From IMG/VR virus record IMGVR_UViG_3300035670_000114, positions 22,867 to 86,866 of that record: a stretch of 64,000 bases of DNA. One strand, 5' to 3'. Shown piece by piece: positions 57,668 through 64,000 of this stretch. Under the pieces are notes generated by a model. It did no database searches. It was not told the DNA's origin and saw nothing but the letters and a program-made list of their open reading frames with translations. The position numbers and the translations under genes are program-made. Within the stretch, counting starts at the first letter, position 1. The number at the start of each line of letters is the position of its first letter. This DNA comes from a virus.

Positions 57668-57807
57668 TCGGATTCGGCAGCGCCAAGCACGCCAACTGCT
57701 GCTCGGCGATTCCCGGGGCAACTCTCCCGGGGTCGCCGTTTAGTTTTGCTGAAGTGATGCGGGCCCAGTCCTGTCGCGCTTCGTGATTCCACCCCGAACT
57801 TTTCCGC

Positions 57808-58164
57808 ATGACTTCCTCTGATTCCGAGGCGTCACAGCCTCTTAACGTTGACTTCCGTCTGACCTGGGTTGCGCCGGCTGCTGGCTACAAGAAGTTGAGG
57901 CCGTTGCGTGGTGGTCCCTGGACGGATAGCCCCAGGTATTGCAGGTCGGCCCAGCGTCCTCCTCTGGGGGTCGGTAGCGCTTACAGCTTTATCGGTGTTC
58001 GCTTGGCCTGCCTTGAGCCGGCTACCGGTGAGGAGGGATGCAGATTGTTGCGCGGCGGCTCCTGGTACGACGACCCCAGGGACTGCCGCTCGGCCTATCG
58101 CGGCCACTACGAGCCCGACGACGCCATCAACGATGTCGGCTTCCGCGTGGCCTGCCTCCCCTAG
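57808..58164 (+). CDS. Protein made of two FGE C-terminal (DGR VR-like) modules
   Basis: RGGPW...CRSA...IGVRLAC and RGGSW...CRSAYR...VGFRVAC. Confidence 0.65.
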   Translation: MTSSDSEASQPLNVDFRLTWVAPAAGYKKLRPLRGGPWTDSPRYCRSAQRPPLGVGSAYSFIGVRLACLEPATGEEGCRLLRGGSWYDDPRDCRSAYRGHYEPDDAINDVGFRVACLP

Positions 58165-58219
58165 GACCTTTCTCTCGACCCTTGAGCCCTCACTCCTTTG
58201 GCCTAATCCGCTGCTTCTG

Positions 58220-58408
58220 ATGACTGATCAAACCTGGCATCACGTCGGCACCTGGCGGTGTCCTCACTGTGGGACCGAGCAGGAGGCCGTGGTTGCGCAC
58301 ACTAGGCCCGACTGGACGCCGATCGGCAACTGCTGCCGGTGCCATCGCTCGCTGGCGGGTGACCCAAGTGAAGACAGGGTCTTGACATCCGGCGATGGAC
58401 GGGGCTAG
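58220..58408 (+). CDS. Small Zn-ribbon protein
   Basis: CPHC...CCRC. Confidence 0.45.
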   Translation: MTDQTWHHVGTWRCPHCGTEQEAVVAHTRPDWTPIGNCCRCHRSLAGDPSEDRVLTSGDGRG

Positions 58409-58414
58409 GGTTGC

Positions 58415-58879
58415 GTGGTGTTTCTGGAGAATTCCATGGCGACGAGTGGCTGCATTTGGATCGACAAGCACCTTGTCAACCTGGACTCAATTGCTTTCAT
58501 ACGATCTCCTTTTGCGGTTTGCACGGGGCGATATGAGTACGTTCAGACGCCCTTTCCGCATTACGTGAACTTCTACATGAGCAGGGTCGGGTTTCAGCTT
58601 GCTGGGGTCGAGCATGGGATTTACTGTGACTCCGACTCGTATCGAGGTCCCCGGTTGACCGATCAGGCAAGGTCTACGTTCAGGAAGGCCGATCGGGAAG
58701 TGGTCGTCAACCTGCTGACCGAATGGGCCCTTGAGGAGGTGAATGCCAAAAGGCAGTCCTCAATGCTGTTCCGTCGTGTGGCGATGGAGCGCTGGGGACT
58801 GGCTTCGTCGCAGGTGCCATTCGAGGTGCCATCCGTTGAACAGGTTCTTGAGGCTAGCCTGCAGGAGGTGCTGAAGTGA
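58415..58879 (+). CDS. Hypothetical protein
   Basis: GTGA coupling to next gene. Confidence 0.5.
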   Translation: MVFLENSMATSGCIWIDKHLVNLDSIAFIRSPFAVCTGRYEYVQTPFPHYVNFYMSRVGFQLAGVEHGIYCDSDSYRGPRLTDQARSTFRKADREVVVNLLTEWALEEVNAKRQSSMLFRRVAMERWGLASSQVPFEVPSVEQVLEASLQEVLK

Positions 58880-59559
58880 GTTTTGTTTCGCGACGCGGTG
58901 CAAGCTGGTGGTCCACTGGTCCCCGTGTAGGTGGTTCTCCCCGTTGTATGGGCAATACCCCCGATACGCGTGCCTTTACCGGCCTCCGCCTCTATTGCGC
59001 CCCCTTAGCCGAAGAGCACCCCACCCCTGGTATCATCCCCCATCAGACCAATGCCCAGGGGGCCGTGGTTGGCGGCGGTTGGGCCAACCCCCTCGTCCAT
59101 TGCCGCTCGACCTCCCGTCACGGGCCACAGCAGTCATCGAAGCGCTGTACCCGGGGCTTCCGCCTCTATTGCTCCTCAATCTCCGACCAGCGCCATGACT
59201 ACGCCGACCTACTGGAGGTGGCGATCGAATGCACCCGCGCCGAGAGGGCGGTGGAGCTGGCTGACCTCAAGAAAAGGCTCGCGGCGCTTGATGCCTGCGG
59301 CGACAAGGTGAGTGCGGCGGCGTTTGGCTACCTGTTTGCTCGCAAGGAGCTGCTGCGTGGTGCGTCCTCGCTAGAGGAGGCCATGGAGTCGGAAGAGCTG
59401 AACCCCTGGAAGGCGCGGGTAATTGACGCACTAGTCGTCAACTTCTTGCTGAACGAGGAGAACGAGCGCGATCCGAAGCTGGCCTTGCGTGACATCGCCG
59501 AGTTCGAGCAACTGGTGGCCAGGGATCCCGTCTTGAATCCGAGGCCCGAAGCCGACTAG
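58876..59559 (+). CDS. Two degenerate VR-like modules fused to helical domain
   Basis: RGASW...GLRLYC; GGGW...CRS...GFRLYC. Confidence 0.6.
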   Translation: MSFVSRRGASWWSTGPRVGGSPRCMGNTPDTRAFTGLRLYCAPLAEEHPTPGIIPHQTNAQGAVVGGGWANPLVHCRSTSRHGPQQSSKRCTRGFRLYCSSISDQRHDYADLLEVAIECTRAERAVELADLKKRLAALDACGDKVSAAAFGYLFARKELLRGASSLEEAMESEELNPWKARVIDALVVNFLLNEENERDPKLALRDIAEFEQLVARDPVLNPRPEAD

Positions 59560-59594
59560 CTCCAGTAATCCCTCGTCCACTTACCTCCGATCAA

Positions 59595-60794
59595 ATGACT
59601 TCGTTTCTTGATGCGCTGAAGAAGGTCAGGCTGCCTTGGTTTTCGTCAATCGGCAACGGCAATCCTGGTCCGGTTGAGTCTACTGACCTGCAGGGGGCTT
59701 CATTTATCATGCGCGGCGGCTCCTGGATCGACTACCCCGGGGAATGCCGCTTAGCCGAACGTGCCCACGGCAGGCCTGACCTCGCTGACGACCTTGTCGG
59801 CTTTCGTCTTTTCTGCTCCCCCCTCCCTGATCGGCCCAAGATCGCGCCCCCGCCTGTAATGCGCGGCAGCTCTTGGCCTGATTTCCCCGTGGTTTGTCGC
59901 TCGGCCTACCGCGACTACGACGTACTTGACGGTGTCGACGACCTTGTCGGCCTCCGCCTCTCCTGCTCCTACCCACTTGATCGCCTGAAGAAGACAAGCC
60001 GTTCTGTTGTGCGTGGTTCCGACTGGGCTCAGGCCATTGCGAGACGCCGCTCGACTTACCGCCTCTTCAGCGGTTCCGCTAACACCAGCGACACCATCGG
60101 CCTCCGCCTCTCCTGCTCCTATCCGTCTAATCTCCCCAAGGCCGCAGTCTCCCTTGTCTCGCGTGGCAGCTCTTGGCTCAGCGCCCCCGGGCGTTGCTGT
60201 TCAGCCTTCCGCAACAACGACACATCCGACTGCGTCGACCACCTTATCGGCCTCCGCCTCTCCTGCTCCTCCCTCCCCGCTCAACCAATGGCCGCCAACT
60301 CGCCCAGCCTGTCGAATTCACCCGACAATCCGACCGCCGATTCACCTGATTCGTCGAACTTACTCAGTGAATCGTTTCTCAAGGAGGCGTCGCTGGACGA
60401 TATTTGTCATCTTGCGCAGACGCCGGTTAACTGTTTCCTCTCGGATTCCGGCAGAGCGATACTCTATTCCGCCTTCAAGTGGTCGAATTCACCACAAGGA
60501 TCGGGCTACTGGGCCAAACTGTCTACGCTTCGGCGACCCTTCACCCGGTCCGACAAGGTGATCCTGCTCGACTGGATCAAGCAAATCGAAGCCAGGGAGG
60601 CGCAGCAGGCCGCCGATACCACGCCTCAACCAAGCGCCACCACCCCACGAACACTCCAACCCACCCCAACCCCCACCCGCCAACAGGCCGCCGACGCCCT
60701 GCTTGACCTGGCGCTGGCGTGCGACCCCAAGAGTCCACAGGCTCGTGATGCGCTGCGGGTGCTGCAGGCTGTGGTGGAGTCGTTACCCAAATAA
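59595..60794 (+). CDS. Four tandem VR-like modules plus SPQG..YW domain
   Basis: 50-aa period repeats RGxSW...R...G(F/L)RL.CS. Confidence 0.7.
   Translation: MTSFLDALKKVRLPWFSSIGNGNPGPVESTDLQGASFIMRGGSWIDYPGECRLAERAHGRPDLADDLVGFRLFCSPLPDRPKIAPPPVMRGSSWPDFPVVCRSAYRDYDVLDGVDDLVGLRLSCSYPLDRLKKTSRSVVRGSDWAQAIARRRSTYRLFSGSANTSDTIGLRLSCSYPSNLPKAAVSLVSRGSSWLSAPGRCCSAFRNNDTSDCVDHLIGLRLSCSSLPAQPMAANSPSLSNSPDNPTADSPDSSNLLSESFLKEASLDDICHLAQTPVNCFLSDSGRAILYSAFKWSNSPQGSGYWAKLSTLRRPFTRSDKVILLDWIKQIEAREAQQAADTTPQPSATTPRTLQPTPTPTRQQAADALLDLALACDPKSPQARDALRVLQAVVESLPK
59709..60270 (+). repeat. 4 x 150-bp-period diverged tandem repeat
   Basis: Units start 59709, 59859, 60009, 60159; shared 3' TCGGCCTCCGCCTCTCCTGCTCC in three copies. 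Confidence 0.85.
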
Positions 60795-60809
60795 CCCTCA
60801 GGTTATTTG
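60788..60809. terminator. Inverted repeat spanning two convergent stop codons
   Basis: CAAATAACC-CTCA-GGTTATTTG. Confidence 0.5.
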
Positions 60810-60961
60810 TCGCTGGTGTGGAGCCAGTCGGGGAGCCAGGGCCAGCGGGTGTCGGCTTGCTTGAGGAGCCAGCGGCCGACGCGGATGGCGATGGGCTCGT
60901 AGATGGTCTTGAAGATCACCAGGGCGACGAAGGCATCGAGGCTAATGTGCAGATCTTGCAC
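60803..60961 (-). CDS. Small membrane protein (52 aa, absent from ORF track)
   Basis: VQDLHISLDAFVALVIFKTIYEPIAIRVGRWLL...; GGAACGCTA motif ~20 nt upstream. Confidence 0.6.
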   Translation of the reverse strand: MQDLHISLDAFVALVIFKTIYEPIAIRVGRWLLKQADTRWPWLPDWLHTSDK

Positions 60962-61032
60962 AGGTTGATCGCGGGTTCTTTAGCGTTCCGAGCGTTGCCG
61001 CTGGTAAGATGGATGCAGTTCGACGGCTCGGG

Positions 61033-61731
61033 ATGACCGAACTTGTTTTGATTGTTGACACCGAGACGACCGGGTTGAACCCGGAGGAAGGCTTCTGCAT
61101 TGAGCTGGGGGCCATTCTGTTTTCGGTGCGGCATCGGCGGACGGTCGCCCAGGTGTCGGTGTTGATGCCGTGCTTCGAGAATCCGGCCGAGCCCATTAAC
61201 GGGATCTCGGCGGCTCTGTCGAGGGTGGCCGATACGGCGCTCGTTGATGCCGGTATCGCTGCCTTCAACAGGATGCTGGAGCAGGCGGACGTGCTGCTGG
61301 CGCATAATGCCGAGTTCGACAGTAAGTGGTTTGGGGTTGGGGCGCTGCCGCCGGTCCACAAGCCGTGGGTGTGCAGCATGTCGGACATCCCGTGGCCGAA
61401 GGAGCTGGGGCTCAAGGGTCGGCCGTCGGTGACGGCGCTGGCGCTGGCGCATGGGGTGCCGGTGTGGGCGGCTCACCGGGCGCTCACCGATTGCATCTAC
61501 CTGGCGCAGGTACTGGAGCGGCGGAACGACCTGGAGGAGCTGCTGGAGGCCGCGATGCAGCCCAGGCAGTGGTATGCGGCGCTGGTGAGCTACGACGACC
61601 GGCAGCTTGCGAAGGATGCCGGCTTCTCGTGGGATGGGCAGCGGAAGCTGTGGTTGCGGCGCATGAGCGAGGCCGAGACGGCGGCCCTGGGGTTCAAGGT
61701 GCGGGCGGTTGAGGCAGGGGGTAAGCAGTGA
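61033..61731 (+). CDS. DEDDh 3'-5' exonuclease (DnaQ-like) with C-terminal DUF5710-like domain
   Basis: DTETTG, AHNAEFD, HRALTD; AKDAGFSWD..RKLW. Confidence 0.9.
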   Translation: MTELVLIVDTETTGLNPEEGFCIELGAILFSVRHRRTVAQVSVLMPCFENPAEPINGISAALSRVADTALVDAGIAAFNRMLEQADVLLAHNAEFDSKWFGVGALPPVHKPWVCSMSDIPWPKELGLKGRPSVTALALAHGVPVWAAHRALTDCIYLAQVLERRNDLEELLEAAMQPRQWYAALVSYDDRQLAKDAGFSWDGQRKLWLRRMSEAETAALGFKVRAVEAGGKQ

Positions 61732-61882
61732 TGGGGTTAGAAATGGGTGGCCTTTGTTTTTGTGTAAATTATCGGAGAGTTATGGCCTGGCCTGGGGTTT
61801 CGGGGAATTATGATTATTTCGGGGGTAATATGGGGGTGATTGCAGGTATGAAGGGGGTTGTTGAGTTTGGGGGGAATGGGGT

Positions 61883-62128
61883 ATGAGGTGGGGGGTCGGG
61901 CCGCTAACCATCATTCTATATCTTTCCGTAATTTATGCCGTTTTTACGGATCACCTAAACCTAACACAAGCCTTCCTGATAATCCTCGGCTTCCTCCTGC
62001 AGCGAATTATCGCGCTGCTGACCCAGATCCAGGCAATTTCGGCCGAAATCCTGCTGATCTGCATGGAAGACGACGAAATTCCCGGCGAAGACGACGACGA
62101 CGAGCCTTTTGTCCTCCCCGTACCGTAG
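61883..62128 (+). CDS. Small membrane protein with acidic tail
   Basis: Hydrophobic segments; start uncertain. Confidence 0.4.
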   Translation: MRWGVGPLTIILYLSVIYAVFTDHLNLTQAFLIILGFLLQRIIALLTQIQAISAEILLICMEDDEIPGEDDDDEPFVLPVP

Positions 62129-62164
62129 AATCGACTAGAAATCAGCTTTTCGCCCCTCCTCCGC

Positions 62165-62587
62165 ATGCCCTTCTTCCCCAAAGGAGTCTCCCTCGACCCC
62201 AAAACTGGCGCCAATTCCAAGTGCCGGCTCTTCCTCGCCCTCTTTAAGGACGGCCGCCTGACTCGCGGCAACGTCCAAGCCGCCGCTTACGACGGAAGCT
62301 CCGTCTGGTTCGACACCCAGCACCGCTTCGGCCCCCTGAAATTCAACACCCGGACGCGACTTCCGGCCTGCCTGAACGACTCGAAGTTTGAGAGCGACGC
62401 CTACTTCATCTCAAGGGATCCCAGGGAGGTCGAGGAGTGGGCCAACCGCAGACTCAGGGCCATCCGCGACGCCCTCCAGCTATCTCAGACCCGGGCCATT
62501 GTCCGCCTGCAGCTCGCCGACAAGCTCCTCAAGGAATCCGACGACCTGCTGGCCGGCTCCTTTGACGACGAAGGTGGCGCCTGCTAG
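62165..62587 (+). CDS. Hypothetical protein
   Basis: Codon bias. Confidence 0.55.
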   Translation: MPFFPKGVSLDPKTGANSKCRLFLALFKDGRLTRGNVQAAAYDGSSVWFDTQHRFGPLKFNTRTRLPACLNDSKFESDAYFISRDPREVEEWANRRLRAIRDALQLSQTRAIVRLQLADKLLKESDDLLAGSFDDEGGAC

Positions 62588-62612
62588 GATCATCGAGCAA
62601 CCGCAATTCGAC

Positions 62613-62864
62613 ATGTCTTCCGAAACCGCTACCTCCCAAGCGTCCTCCTTCCCCAACGGCTACATCGCCTTCTACCGGGACCTCCAAGCGCTGATTGACC
62701 GCCACGAGACCCTGCCCGTGGCGCTGATCAACGCGGCCTTGCATCAGGCGATCTTCTCCCACTGCTTCCGCCTCTCCCTGGAGGAGCTCGCCGGGGACGC
62801 CGTCCTCGTCGAAGGCTCCGAGGAACCCGAAACCTACGCCCCGGAGGACGAGCTCACCACCTGA
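62613..62864 (+). CDS. Hypothetical protein
   Basis: TGCTAGGAT upstream. Confidence 0.55.
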   Translation: MSSETATSQASSFPNGYIAFYRDLQALIDRHETLPVALINAALHQAIFSHCFRLSLEELAGDAVLVEGSEEPETYAPEDELTT

Positions 62865-62898
62865 AGGCCTTTACTGCAACCAGAAACACCAGGGCGGG

Positions 62899-63279
62899 TC
62901 ACTCCGCCCTTTCTGCTGAACCCTTGACCTGGGCCCTGACCTCCGCGTAGACCTCGGGCCTGTCGACGTGGATCGACTTAGGCCCCGTGTAGGCGTGCCC
63001 TTGGTTGAGGTGCCCCGCAATCATAATTGCAATCCGGTAGCCACTGGTCCGGCTCGCCCAATACTGACTATATATATGGATGTCCACCACGTTGGCGCCG
63101 ATCTTGGCCTCGTAGGTGCCGCGTTCCCTTGACCGCCTGACCTTGTAGCCGTAAACGACGGCGATCCCCTTGTCCCACCCGTCTTCAAGCGGCGGAAAGT
63201 GAACGCCGTAGCCGTCTACCCTATCGCTGTTGAAGCAGCCTTCGTACTTGTATGGCTCCTCGGTTGGTGGCAGATACAT
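62899..63279 (-). CDS. Hypothetical protein
   Basis: Plausible ORF; start uncertain. Confidence 0.45.
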   Translation of the reverse strand: MYLPPTEEPYKYEGCFNSDRVDGYGVHFPPLEDGWDKGIAVVYGYKVRRSRERGTYEAKIGANVVDIHIYSQYWASRTSGYRIAIMIAGHLNQGHAYTGPKSIHVDRPEVYAEVRAQVKGSAERAE

Positions 63280-63433
63280 GTTCTGAAGCTCCCCTCGGGT
63301 CCCGCCCTGGCTGCGGGTGCTCAAGGATTCCTTGCGTGAGTCTCGTGCGTTCGGTCGAGCAGGCATCCGGGTCCAGGGAGATCTTCCCAAGGGTAGCTGT
63401 CGATTTGAACCCGCGACCGACCCATGGCGCCGC

Positions 63434-63706
63434 TCAACCCTCGGGGCTTAAGTGGGCTACCACCTTGTCGATTATGTATTGCGGCACGACCGGCGGCTTT
63501 GGCGCCCACCGTGTCTTCGATTTCCTCCAGGCCTGCGCACGAGGATCCCATTGAGCGATCCGATTAAGCAGCGTCCGCCGCCCGTTGCTGCGGTAGAAGC
63601 GCACCATGTTGGGATCGCCACTGAAGATCGGATCCTGGGTGACGAGCCACCCGACCCCTGGCGTGTTCGCGTTCGTGCGCGAGTCGTAGATGACGTGCGA
63701 CAACAT
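63434..63706 (-). CDS. Hypothetical protein
   Basis: Coupled to upstream cupin gene. Confidence 0.5.
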   Translation of the reverse strand: MLSHVIYDSRTNANTPGVGWLVTQDPIFSGDPNMVRFYRSNGRRTLLNRIAQWDPRAQAWRKSKTRWAPKPPVVPQYIIDKVVAHLSPEG

Positions 63707-64000
63707 CAGCGCTTCCCCTTGCTAATCCGTGAAACAGTAATCGACACAGCGTAGGCAGTTTGATTGCAGATCCAGGAATGCGTCCGATCGGAGTCGAACA
63801 CCACGACGTCACCAATCACGAGGCTCACGTCCTCTCTCCGGGTGGCCAAGCAAGGAAGGTCACCTATCGTTTCGCCTGGGCTGATGTTGTGCTTGAGTGT
63901 GTTGAATCGTATTGGCTGGAGTCCGATCAACCAAAATGCCGACAAGCCAAAGCCGTCATCAATATGCGGCCCGATGCTGCCTCTGACCACCATCAACTGG
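63706..64000 (-). CDS. Cupin/DSBH HxD...H protein, paralog 3 (5' truncated by window)
   Basis: PHIDDGFGL...GDVVVFDSDRTHSW; frame open to window edge. Confidence 0.65.
   Translation of the reverse strand, partial: QLMVVRGSIGPHIDDGFGLSAFWLIGLQPIRFNTLKHNISPGETIGDLPCLATRREDVSLVIGDVVVFDSDRTHSWICNQTAYAVSITVSRISKGKR

Noticed and set aside
57665-57760. TGA read-through or recoding restoring full-length FGE
   Set aside because: The in-frame continuation lacks RGGSW, the remnant is frameshifted and mutated, and other genes use the standard code
59709-60270. CRISPR-like repeat-spacer array
   Set aside because: The period is 150 bp, in frame and protein-coding, and the variable parts are homologous to one another
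56801-60794. Complete diversity-generating retroelement
   Set aside because: No RT, Avd-like gene or AAC-rich template repeat is visible in the window; one could lie outside it
60818-61036. Plus-strand 72-aa ORF
   Set aside because: Shadow of a better minus-strand 52-aa gene that has a promoter motif

Overview
A 64-kb piece of a GC-rich tailed dsDNA phage that most likely infects picocyanobacteria (Cyanobium/Synechococcus type). The host inference rests on an nblA-like gene, cyanobacterial-type thyX, nrdJ and dcd, two sigma factors and rlpA. Layout: (1) 1-7 kb holds low-GC lectin-like accessory tail genes, a tyrosine recombinase, small late genes and a two-domain endolysin. (2) 7-10.6 kb holds a minus-strand initiator plus DnaB-like helicase next to a 7-copy iteron array. 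(3) 10.6-29 kb holds recombination, nucleotide metabolism and packaging genes: Sak-like, SSB, RusA, RecE-like, intein-containing ThyX, dNMP kinase, terminase, primase, class II RNR, dCTP deaminase and portal. (4) 29-64 kb is a long accessory region of small ORFs with tRNA-Arg(UCU) and several paralog families. The most unusual locus is 56.8-60.3 kb. There an FGE-sulfatase/C-type-lectin-fold gene lacks its C-terminal ligand-binding segment, and about nine free-standing, diversified copies of that segment surround it. These copies resemble DGR variable regions, yet no reverse transcriptase or template repeat is visible. No major capsid, tape measure, repressor, CRISPR or RT gene was recognised. 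All calls come from reading motifs by eye, without database searches.
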